A DNA stretch of 64,000 nucleotides from assembly GCF_018977255.1 (NCBI RefSeq), contig NW_024704743.1, forward strand, positions 29,080,001-29,144,000, in the 5' to 3' direction. The translations under genes were made by a program, and so were the position numbers. Below, one piece after another: positions 12,345 through 23,975 of the stretch. A model generated the notes under the pieces. That model was not told where the DNA came from, did not search any database, and worked only from the letters and a program-made list of their open reading frames with translations. The stretch comes from Callorhinchus milii (taxonomy: Eukaryota). Numbering within the stretch: position 1 is the first letter of the stretch; each line of letters opens with the position of its first letter.

Positions 12345-12473
12345 CCTGATCTGACGAAGGTTCATGGACCCAAACCGTTGACTCACTTTCCTTTCTCCAT
12401 AGATACTGCTGAGTGTTCCCAGCGACTTCTGTTTGTGTTTCAGATTTCCAGCATCTGCAGCATTTTGCATTTT
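12345..12473 (+). mobile_element. Penelope-type terminal repeat remnant with a decayed hammerhead core
   Basis: ctgacga-aggttcatggaccc-aaaccgttg followed by ctccatagat.ctgc...tttcagatttccagcatctgcag. A second copy lies at 19613. Confidence 0.55.
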
Positions 12474-13485
12474 GTTGATTCCTGATATTTGCTTTCGATT
12501 TACTATTCATTAATTTCTATACACATGCTACTTTTCTGGCTTGCAGAAAACTAACCTTCTCTACACAATGAAATATTTGCTAAACATACTTTGTTGAGAT
12601 GCTCCCATAACTGTCTTCTTTTTAGACCGATTACCTTCTTTCTTAAACTAAAGACTGTATTCCCTATGCTTGATGAACACTAAACTGCAGTCAAAATAAA
12701 ATGAAAACACTGCAATCTCCTTGGGTTTACCATGAATTTGTTGCATGTCTGTTCTTTTGCTGCCAAACATAACTGTTTTGCATGTCATTGCATGTAATGC
12801 TAAAAGTTTAACATAACTATTGCAAGTTTATAAAATTAATGTCGGATTTCACAAAGTCAATGTCAGATTGTGGCAGCCAATTGCTTTGCGCAATTGGCTG
12901 CCATGTTTCGCCCACAAATATATACTCTGTGAAGTGCTTTGAGACATCTAGAATCCGTGAAAAGCGTTATATCAAATGCAAGTATTATTATTATTAAAGT
13001 AATTCAGCCAGCATAAATTATTTCACTGTAATGTTTTTCAAAGGGGTGTTGTTTACGTAATGTTCAATGGTGAGAATTTTGGGTGGAATTTTTTCATTTG
13101 AATTTATTTCTAAGCTATCAATGTTATAGCACAATGTTTTCAAAGGAAAGTAGAAATGTATGCAAGCCTGTGTAGAGTGAGCCAAAGGTCAGCCAGGTTT
13201 TTCTTGAATGGTTCCTCTGACATTTTGGCATGATCGCTACTCTATTGTGTACTGGGAATGAGGTGTGAAACACATTACTGTTTACCCAGCTTTATGAAAT
13301 TCTTGGAACATTGAGATAAATCTTACTTGAATGAGGTATTGATCACTTCTACCTGCTGTCGTGTGAGGTCTGTTATGGTGGTTGAGAACATACTTTTATG
13401 TAAGAAACCAAAAATCCTCATCTGTTTTACTTTCATTTTCACAGCAACAGGGATAAGAAAATATTTAAATTTCCTTCCACCCCTT

Positions 13486-13769
13486 TAATAATAATCCTTG
13501 CATTTGATAAAGCACCTTATCATATCTTCGAGATGTCTCAAAGCGCTTCACAGAATAAACTGTAAAGTCAATTGATTGTTTATGCGGCAGCCAATTCTGC
13601 ACAGACAGTCATGCATTGAGTGACCAATTTATTATTATTATTTTTTGAAGGAACTATTACCCCCAGAAACACGATCGCCAATCGACTAACAACTGGGTTC
13701 CTACTTACTACTGGGTAAACAGAGGCGTGTGAAGTAAGGAAACTTGCCCAACATTTCACCCTGCTGGGA

Positions 13770-13841
<72 letters not shown>

Positions 13842-13901
13842 ATCAAACCCAGGTCTCTCGTTGGCAAGGCGATTGCTCTAACCACTGAGCTACAGAACTC
13901 C
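13486..13901 (-). mobile_element. tRNA-derived SINE, long version B, with an internal (ATT)n insertion
   Basis: Head at 13841-13901, extra segment about 13660-13725, tail at 13486. Confidence 0.85.
13770..13840 (+). repeat. (ATT)n microsatellite, about 23 units
   Basis: Read directly from the sequence. Confidence 0.97.
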
Positions 13902-15342
13902 AGTAAATAAAACATTTACTCAGCCTTGCTGGGGCATTTGATTGAAACATCTGCATCTTGCTTAAAGCAGCTGTAATTCTGCATTTAAAATAAATGAAAA
14001 CTGAAGCTGGTGTGTAAAATTTCTGCAATGCACAAAACTGCCTAGTTCGGTAGGTTAAGTAACACTAATGAGTTGCAATGATTTTAAATATATGGAAACA
14101 ATTTTTCACAAAGTATATATGGAAATGGAGAGCAAAATCTATGGATTAGGGAACAGGTGGAATATAGGTGAGGGGAATAGGAGGGGTGGAGCTTTGTGTG
14201 GAGTATAAACACCCACATGAACTAATTAGACCAAATGGCCCATTTCTTTGCCCATATATGCATATATTCAGTTTCTCTACGAAACCAAATATATTATGAT
14301 AGCTGTTAGACCTTGTAATGAACACGTTATATCAAAACTATAGAAATAAAACTCCCTTGCACTAATTGTTACCATCCTCAGGAAAGGTTCAGATTGAGAT
14401 GAAGAGGTACTCCACTGGTACAATGATTTCTGTGTTATAAGGCCTGGAATGGAATGTTGGAATGGAAGGATATTGGGAATGTTTTGCTTAATTGGCTTTG
14501 GGGGATTTATCGTCCCAGACACTAGCATGAGTGGGCTGATATCCATGCTATTGAAGGTTTTTCACGAATTGAGGAGAGAGTGGGTTAGATTTCTCCTTCC
14601 ATGTTTATTTTTGTTCCCACTGACACTAGGATCTAACCTGTAACTTTTCTTAATGGTTTCCTTAATAAATAATCTGAGGTGTATGAATGGAGAATGCTTC
14701 CAGCAACTGGATGTTTGTTACATTGACCTGCAGGAAGTCTAAGCCAAAGTGATCCACCTCCAAATTAGAGTTCCTGCAGATCAATGTGGGAATTCTAATG
14801 GGATAATTCAACACACAATATATAACAACACCGTGTACATTTCCATTTATATAGCACCTTTCATATAAGGAGGACATCCCAAGGATCTTGACAGTTCTGG
14901 CTGGGATCCCGAGCTGAGGTTGCGATTCAAGGGGGTGGGGAAAGATGATCAAAGTTAATTTCTTCGAGTTGCTACACCACTGCTTCATTGGTGAGGCACA
15001 CCTATGTAATGAACCATGACCTGAAGCAGGTCTGGAATACTAGCACTTGATCCACGTGCCATAGAACGTGCCAGGTTTACAATGTGAGAGGTTTCTGCTG
15101 TAGCTCAGCCCACTTTAAAATAACTGCAGAGGTGTCTAGTACTAGTAATTGTTTCACAGGAATTATTCATCTGGGACCTCCCTACCCATTGAGGTGGGGT
15201 TAAAGAAATATTGCATCTTAAAATTTCATTGATGAGGCAGGGAGATTGATTAGCCATTAACAGTGATTTTTAGATTATTACTTAGATTACCAGTTAGTTT
15301 AACTACTTAAAGGCATATTCCCCCCTCACCTACTCCAGAAAT

Positions 15343-15551
15343 CCCCAAATCAACATAGTCTTAGTCTGTAAAACTATTTTGTATTAAAATTTAAGATCGC
15401 ACCGAATTGTGGAAAAATTATTATATTAAGCCTCACTTTAGAAACTGCAGTCTCTAGTTCCGGCTTCCGAAGTAGAAATGAATTTAAGAATTTTGCACAA
15501 TCTTAAATTTTAAGACAAATGATTGTACAGCAAAACTGGGTGGAATTTGGG
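15343..15551. mobile_element. MITE-like element with imperfect ~65-bp terminal inverted repeats
   Basis: ccccaaat...ttaaaatttaagat on the left versus atcttaaattttaa...atttgggg on the right. Related fragments at about 54900-55070, 56420-57020 and 61640-61745. Confidence 0.65.
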
Positions 15552-16179
15552 GTTTTGAAGATTTTTTTAAATCTACAAAAGGATGAAAGCACCCATTGGT
15601 ATTTGAACAAAAAACCTTTTGGCCTCAAGGCAACCAAATGAGTGGTATCCATGGTAAATCATGTGCGTGTCCAGTCATTGTAGAATTGCAAACTACTACA
15701 AATTCGTTGGCATGAACACCTTCTCCATTGAGAGTCGGTGCATACAGACCAACAAAATTACTTTACTGGCATGTGGTAGTGAACGCTTCAGCTTCATTCA
15801 CAGCAAACTTTCTATCAGCCCAACTACAGTTGGCAGCCCCAGTATCTACATTTAAAAGGGGAAAATAATATTATATTGTACAGGAAAGAGCAGGGTGATG
15901 AACAGATATCTAGAATGTGGGAGTTAGCACAAGGCCAGACCAACAATCCCCCCAAATAAAATTAATTTTTCATTTTATGGCTGTTTTTTAGAACATTGCT
16001 GGGAAGTCCTCCCAACGTGAAAGGCACTATCCAAATGTAATTTTGCATTGTGTGCAAATTAGCTGCTACATTTGCTTACAAACAAAAGTCATTACACTTT
16101 ACAGTAAAATCCTTTGAAGTGCTTTGGGATGTCTCGACGATATGATGGGGGGGCAGTGTCAAAATGCAAGAATTATTAT

Positions 16180-16620
16180 ACTAGTCTAAAGGCTCTCTTT
16201 TATTGATCCAGACTCAACAGCCAGTTACAGCGATGAATTCCATGGTCTGAAAATCTTGGAGTGAAGAAATTCCTTTAAACCTCAACCTTGATTCTTCTGC
16301 TAACACTCTTGAGACCATGCCTCTTGTCACCGATTCCCCAAATTGTGCCCTTTCAGAATCTGAAACATATCTATCACACCCTTCTCAATCTCCTCTGCTC
16401 CAGTGCAAAAAAGAGTAATTCAGCCAGCTCTCTTCACATGTATATTGTCTCCATGAATCTACAATGCACCATCTCCTTCTCTATGAGATTAGTACTGTCA
16501 TGGGAAGCCAAAAAGTGAGCACAATACTCCATCTATAAGCTCCTAACCAATGAAACAATTCCAACACGACTTGCCTATCCCTATTCATAAATCCCAGAAC
16601 CTCATTTGCTTTCTTGACTT
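16180..16620 (-). mobile_element. Degenerate CR1 3' fragment
   Basis: gagtgaagaaattcct, ctcctctgctccagtg and gcacaatactcca motifs typical of reverse-oriented CR1 ORF2 ends. Confidence 0.55.
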
Positions 16621-18742
16621 TCTTGATAGCATTTCGTAGCTGCTATCACTGAGATATATATATAAACATACTATATGTAATGTATATATAATGTATATAT
16701 ATATAATTTATATATAATGTTATATATAACATGTATATATACATGTAAATATGTTAGTGATTCATTTATTTGTACCCCTGTATCCCTCTGCTTCTCCACT
16801 CTTTTAAGATTTGCTATTCAGGCCGTAAATCGGTTCCCTGTCCTTTTTACCAAAATGTTTACCATCAAACGATGGCCGTCACTTTTTTAACCATTTCTCT
16901 AGTTTTGGTTTCTCTAATTTCCTAGATCCTTTTATGCTGTAAATAATCCCTCTCTCCGATCTTCCATTAAATTGTGAAAAGCCAAAATGTCTGCTGCACT
17001 TACCATGATAAGAATGGGATGTAAATGTTAATTCAATGAGCATTTCATATATTGATAACTGGAACTCCACACAATATAATATGGGCTTTTAAACAAGGAT
17101 AGGTCACAGACAATATCACAAAACTTTTAAGGAACAGACTGGATCCCTTGCTTTCTTCTGTTAGTGAACTGATTTTGTCCTAAATTATGTAGAAGGCACT
17201 ATTCTATTTATATCAGAGATGTGGGAATAAACACGTGCAATGGAAAAAAAAATATTTAAACAATAAACATGGGAATCCCAAAGTGCACAGGGAAGCAAAT
17301 GTCTTATGCACATTGAATAACAAGAATAGCTTGCAATTATGTAAGATGCTTCATTCAGGATAGCATCTCAGAATGCTGCACATAGGTGGGGCTGGATGCT
17401 GAGAAATCTCCTCCAGCTCCATCTCCTATCTGACTCTCTGCTCCACCAGCTAAGATTTACTGCTTGATCCTCATACTCTCCATCTAAGTTTTCTGCCGCT
17501 TTGCCCCTCCTGTCTGCAACTCGTTCCAAAAATACTTTGCCTTGCGCTCTCTTCCTCGGTCTTGAAACCTTTCCTAAAAGCACTATATCTTTAACCATGC
17601 CTTCAATCAACATCTGCAACAAACTCCTTTTCAACCCCACTTAGTAGCCACATGATCTTTGTAAAAACTGTCAAGCGATAGTCTACATGGAAGCTGCTTG
17701 TAAGTCTTCGTTTTTGTTGTTGAGCTTCATTCTCATGACTTAAAACATGCTCCAAATTTCTTGGATTGTGCAAAGACTTGTAACACATACCAAGCTCATT
17801 ATTATTCTCTATTTCTATGCTTAAAATAATTGCACGTTTGATGATGTTAGAATAGCTTTCCTATTATCACCACAGATTTGTAACCGTCATTAAAGGGCTA
17901 TTTATTTCACTCTGAGTTCTACAGAATGTTGATTGATATTAGCATCATTGCTAAGTGCATTTTTTTGCCTAATGCTATAGAATATGGATAATAATAATCC
18001 TTGCATTTGATATAGTGCCTTATCATGTCTTCAAGATGTCTCAAAGTGCTTCACAGAATATACTATAAAGTGAATTGACTGTATATTTTGTGGGCGAAAC
18101 ACAGCAGCCAATTGTCCCATGCGCAATCATGGATTGAAGTGACCAATTTATTATACTTTTTTTTAAAAAATCAGCAAACTATTCCTGCAACCTCAGTGAA
18201 CTTTATTCCTGCAACCTCAGCCTGCTTTATATCAACAACAACTTGCATTTATATAATGTCTTTCACGTGGGTAGTGTCCTGGAGCACCAGTTCAAGTTAT
18301 AATGTAGTCTCAAGACATTTAAACTGAAGTAATGCAGAAATAGATAACTGCTACTGGCTGCTCTGTCCAGTGCAATCTTGAGTTGATTGGGAACAGACTA
18401 CACTGTGAGGGGAATAAAATGGTTTTGAACCACAATCGATTCAGTAATTTCAAAATTTATATTGAACCCTGTCATTATTTGCTTAGTAGGTATTACAAAC
18501 TGGATTGACGAGGTACTGTGGGAAAGAATCAATAACTCTTATGACGTGGCCACTTTTAATAGAAATCTTATTCCCTGCCTCCTCTGTTTTGTGTACATTT
18601 AAGTACATTTATATTTTTTCACCCACAAATTGACTTTACAGTATATTCTGTGAAGCATTTTGAGACGTCTCAACCGCTAAAGCGCTTTTATCAAATGCAA
18701 GGATTATCATTATTGAATCTCTGGTTCATGCTATACTATCAT

Positions 18743-19072
18743 GGAGTCCTGTAGCTCAGTGGTTAGAGCACTCGCTTTGCAAGTGAGAGACCTGAGTTCA
18801 TTTCCAGGCACAGGGCGAAACCTTGGACAAGTTTCCTTACTCCACATGCCTAATAATAATCCCTCCAAAACAAAACAATAATAAATTGGTCATTTTCAAT
18901 CTACGACTGTTTGTGGGACATTTCTGTGCGCAATTGGCTGCCGCGTTCGCCCACAAATATACAGTCAATTCACTTTACAGTCTATTCTGTGAAGCGCTTT
19001 GGGACGTCCTCCCAACGTGAAAAGCGCTATATCAAATGCAAGGATTATTATTATTATTATTATTATTATTAT
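18743..19072 (+). mobile_element. tRNA(Ala)-derived SINE, version A
   Basis: Full-length copy with (ATT)n tail. Confidence 0.92.
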
Positions 19073-19074
19073 CT

Positions 19075-19330
19075 GACCCATCAGTGGTGGCTATGCTTTC
19101 AGCCATTCTTTCTCTGCTCTCTAGGACTCCATTCCAAAGTCCCTGCAACTTGTCCCCCACCCTCCCCACTTCAAGATTTACCTCTTGGTTACTGGTTATC
19201 TTCCCCCTCCCCTGTACACTCCCCACCTCAGGCCGAGTGTCTAACCAGCCGTGTAAAGCACTTTGAGGGTATCTCAAAGTGGGAAGTGTGAGCACAAGAT
19301 ATGAAAGGTGCCATATAAATGTAAACTGTA
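19075..19330 (+). mobile_element. Degenerate L2 3' end
   Basis: catcagtggtggctatgctttcagccatt...ctct(a)ggactcc followed by the tail. Confidence 0.55.
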
Positions 19331-19604
19331 TTATTTAAATTATGAGATGTGCACAAAGACCAAATGTTTATATTCTCACTGTACATTCAGATTATACCAC
19401 TGGTAATTGACACTGATAATTCTCCTCCTTTCCTGAAGATGGTGACTGCAATTCATAGTTACAGTAGTTATCTCTTCAGTAGTTGTTTAGGAAGCTATAA
19501 TTCATAGATATACCAAATGCAAGGATTATTATTTAGGATCATTACATTTTACCTTGTGATCCTAGGTAGTAAATTGCTCTTAAAAACCTCTCCCTTCCAA
19601 CATG

Positions 19605-19730
19605 CTCCAGTTCTGATGAAACATTGAGTCACTTACCTTTCTCCATAGATGCTGCCTAACCCGCTGAGTATTCCAAGCGACTTCTGTTTTTGTTTCAGAT
19701 TTCCATCATTTGCGGGGTTTTTTTGCATTT
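19605..19730 (+). mobile_element. Second Penelope-type terminal repeat remnant
   Basis: Clearly homologous to 12345-12473; the core is collapsed to ctgatgaaac. Confidence 0.55.
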
Positions 19731-19749
19731 AGTAAATATTGTGAGATTG

Positions 19750-19980
19750 TTTGACCAAAGGGCCCATCACAGAATCTGATCCTGCCCTCAACCTAATCCC
19801 ACCCACACACATACACACACACACACGCACACATACACACACACGCACATATTCACTTTGAATGTGGTCAATAATCAGAACCAGGAACCAAGGTTGATTG
19901 ATCCCCTCCCATACCCAGGAATTCTCAACCTATATTTTAGGGTCCTGCTACTGCTGCTTTGCCTTAGATCAGCTCACTCA
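19750..19980 (-). mobile_element. AmnSINE2-like ancient repeat
   Basis: Reverse complement contains tgagtgagctgatct...cctgggtatgggagggg..aatcaacc..ggttcctg...gagggcaggatcag...tgtgatg, resembling the recalled AmnSINE2 consensus. Confidence 0.55.
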
Positions 19981-20344
19981 ATGAAAAACAGAAGTGAAGC
20001 ATGGGACCTTCTTTGTCTGTGTTGTGCTTTAAGTCACCAAGTAGCGAATTCAACCAAAGAATTATCTTCTATGTTGATGCTACGATCTATGAAATCCTAT
20101 CACTTTTACTTGGCAGTGGCAAGTCTGCTTTCAGTTTTACCAATATTGGCTTCTTTCACAGATATAATATTTATGCACTATACATATTATTTGAGAGAAA
20201 TTCATAGCAAAACATGGTAACAGCATATGAGTACATTTAGGGAGGGATCAAGTGAGTGTGACTAGGATAGGGAGATCAAGCGAGATGGGGTGCACAGAGC
20301 AAGGGAGACATGGGAAGGAGCGATCTTTTGGATGTATCCCTAAA

Positions 20345-21180
20345 AACAGAATTTTAAAACAGAGAAAAAGGCCATTTGGCTCATATTGTAAGTATTGGTC
20401 CTTTGAAACAACAATCTATTCAGCAATCTATTTAACCTGCCTTTTCTCCATACCCTTGCAAATTATTCCTATCTTTTTACTTCCCTCTTGAAAGCTGATA
20501 TGAATCCTACATCAACCACCATGCCCGGCAGCACATTCCATAACCTAACAAACTCTAGTGGTAAACCTGGGTTCAATTCCCGGCAGGGTGAAATGTTGGG
20601 CAAGTTTCTTACTCCACACCTCTGTTTACCTAGCAGTAAGTAGGAACCCAGTTGTTACTCGATTGGCAGATCACTTTTCTATGGGGAATAATTCCTTCAA
20701 AAAATAAATTGGTTCATGACTGTTTATGAGACACTGCTGTGTACAATTGGCTGCTGCATTTCGCCCACAAAATATACAGTCAATTCACTTTTACAGTATT
20801 TCTGTAAAGTGCTTTGACATCTCGAAAACGTGATAAGCCACTATATCAAATGTAAGGATTATTCTTACTATTATTATATTGTACATACTTGTCCTATGAA
20901 ACAGCAATCTATTCAGTGATCTATTTTATCTGCCTTTCAATATCCTAACAAACTATCAGGTCTCCTTCAATCTTCTCTGTTCCAGTGATAATAGGCTCAG
21001 TTCCTCTGCTCATAGGTCAAACCACTCATCCATGGAGTCTTCCTAATAAATCTCCTCTACACCACTCTATAGCCCTGACATCCTTCCTAAAATAGGGTAA
21101 TTGAAATTGAAGTTGGACACAATAACTGCAGGCTAACTAGTGATCTATAAAAGTTAAACGTAATTTCTTTGGTTTTACAT
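20345..21180 (-). mobile_element. Degenerate CR1 3' fragment interrupted by SINE B
   Basis: aggccatttggctc, ggcagcacattcca, aaatctcctctacacc and acatccttcctaa motifs. Confidence 0.55.
20557..20878 (+). mobile_element. tRNA-derived SINE, long version B, head partly deleted
   Basis: B box gttcaattcc, extra segment ctctgtttacctagcagtaagtaggaacccag, shared tail. Confidence 0.82.
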
Positions 21181-22049
21181 TGAAAACTAGGATTATTCAT
21201 ACTGATCTAAGTTTTGAACAGATCCAAGTTAACCTGACTGGAAATACAAATTCTACTGTTTGCTATTTAGAAACAGAGACTGCGTGACAAATTAAATATA
21301 GAATCTTTGTGCCTTTAAAAATAGAACCTGTTCTCTTTCTAAAGTAAAACAACACTGCAACCTGCAGGTAAAACCCAGGATCACACAACCCCACCTTACA
21401 CACCTGGAGGCAATATTTCTCATCAACAGAGTGTAGAATGCCTACCTTCCATGCCTCAGTGAATAACATGCAAGTCTCCAGTGCACTTCAGAGTGCACAC
21501 CAAAAATCAGAGGCATCTACCCATATTTAATTAAATTGATTTCAAGCCATCCAACACTGATATTTTAATGAACATGTTGAGGTTTTTTTCATTAGCATTA
21601 CGAGGTTGGCAGTGGTATCAAATGTAAAGATGTCACAACAACTAATTATCCTTCTGATAGTCTGGCTGGAATATGAAAGTACTATTGATTCAATATGCTT
21701 AAAAACAATAGCAAAAATGTACCGAAGGATACCCTCAAGTGATAAGATTGTCATTCAATTGAGAGTGTTCAGATGTACCATGAATTGAGTTTTATCTATA
21801 ATCAACATCTACATCTGTCTTGAAATTACCCCCCAGTTATTGTGTTTAGAATATTGATGTTCATGGGTTTGCTTTATTAAGTTTTGGTCCAGTCTTTTCT
21901 AAATACTATCAAGATGATTAGTGAAGACCATTACTCATTTGTGCTTTCGACATAAGGTACACACTGAAGAATACACAATATAAGATAGTGACTATCTATT
22001 TATCACGTGCTAACCATTAACTGACTAGCATGGCATAATTTAATGCCAT

Positions 22050-22480
22050 ATGTAATAGAGGGAGAGCAATGAGCATGATCCCCAGTGTTGGAGGTATGAG
22101 CTATGAGAAACAATTAGACAAGCTAGAGCTACTCAGTCTTGAAAGGCAATGTCCCAAAGGGAATCTTATAAAGGTAAATAAGATTTTAAATGGGATTGAA
22201 AAAGGACCCAGAACAATACTTTTGGATGCATCAAGGCAACAGAAGTGGAGAACACAAGTTTAGAGTTTAAAAAGTAATTTCAGGACTGATTCCAGGAAAT
22301 ATATATTTCCGGAGGGTTATTAGCAACTGGATTAGGTTACCAGGAAGGATGGTTGAAACCAGGAAAGTAGTCATAAAAGAGCAGCTTGATGCTATGGTGG
22401 AAAGATGGTGGGGTGGGTATTCTGGAAGGTCCAATTAAATGGGCCAAAGGACCTTTTTCATTCACATTAATCGTATGATA
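22050..22480 (+). mobile_element. CR1 3' fragment
   Basis: MSYEKQLDKLELLSLERQ..KGNLIKVNKILNG matches the CR1 ORF2 C-terminus; ends in atgggccaaaggacct. Confidence 0.75.
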
Positions 22481-23794
22481 TTATAATGTTACAAAAGCTG
22501 TAAGGTTTTGCTCCACATTTGTTACTAAAATATTAAGCAGGACCCGTATGAACCTAAGCATTGCTTAAGTTCATAATCTGTATAGAGCAGCCTCTCTTGA
22601 GGATGCTCTATAAAGCTGCTCTGTGTTAAAGCATCTTCACAGATTAGATGCATAGAATCATCCTAACTAACAGGCTGCACTCATCTGCCCTGAAAGTATT
22701 AGATAAATCAAGTATTAGATTATGATTTCCTGATTAAATGTAATTAGTTTTGATATCTTCCACCTTCACTACCCACTGCTAACAGTGTTTCACTTAAAAG
22801 GTAACATTTCCTGTAATTGACTGTATATTGTTTCTCAATACATTTTCACTCTATCATTGGGGATTTACAGATTTGTTAAAGGGATTCCTCAGAATGGAAC
22901 CAAAGTAAAGCAAATTAGATTTTCTTTCATGTTACACCAAACTCAACTCTGACACAATTTGCTTTCAGGGTAGAGTTCAACTGGAAGAAAGGGAATACTT
23001 GTTTTCCTTAATAAGGAATACCATTAACAAGTATTGCAAATTAGATCCCATTATGTATCAAAATCATTGAGCACATAGCCAGCTAGTGTCTGATCTTCAA
23101 GTTATCTGCTACCTTTCAGTGCTTTGGGACATCCTACTGATGTGAAAGGCGCTATATAAATGGAATTTATTGTTATTGTTTTTGATCTTACAGTTGCTAA
23201 AGGTAGAAGATTAAGAATAAATCCAAAATGTGAAAAGGAACTGCAGCATTCATTATAAAAATTAGCAGATAACTTGAAGTGATCCAAAATCAAAGTGTTA
23301 GGCTGTTTTCATTTTTGCTCCAACTACTGTACTTCTACCAATGCGTGGGGAAGTGCCGCACAGGTATATGATGACAAGGCTAATTTCTACTATGTAGGAA
23401 GAAACAAAACAACTTCAGCTACTCTTGCTGGCAGTAGTCATAATTGGTTTTCTCTCTGGCACCACCTTAATTTACAGCAATAAACAAAGGTGTGAAAGTC
23501 AAAGTTTGATTCACATCTGTACCTTTAACAGTTACTTTGTTGAAATTCTGATAAATTAAGTTTATACCAGCAATCTGGAATTCTGGTTAGTTTGACTCCT
23601 GTTTGTCACTACAAATGGGCTATGAACATTGAGATTTTTTTTAAATATCCTGGGCTTGACTCTGATAATTTATAATATCACCCATACCCCATTCATATTT
23701 ATTGCTTTTTAATATTTACAAGAATTTTGATTTGTGGTAATGAATTACAAATTAAATTCTAGGAATTTAATGCTACTCAGTAAGGAAATGCACA

Positions 23795-23975
23795 GCATTG
23801 TGTTACACTACCCATAAGGATAGGAAGGTTCCTAGGTCAATCCCTCAGGCTGTGCTGGTTTAGCTGATTTCAGCCAGGGGAGCAATATAAACACTGCAAC
23901 TGACCTCAGTGCTCCCTGATCTTGGGAACTAAAAACACAGTCAGCATTCCTGCCCCTATTCATAATCCAGTGCTC
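23795..23975 (+). mobile_element. AmnSINE2-like ancient repeat
   Basis: ggaaggttcctaggtcaatccc...ctgtgctggtttagctgatttcagccaggg...gacctcagtgctccctg. Confidence 0.58.

Noticed and set aside
18180..18220. 17-bp direct repeat tattcctgcaacctcag; also a similar short duplication at about 41835-41866
   Set aside because: Ordinary local tandem duplications with no further structure.
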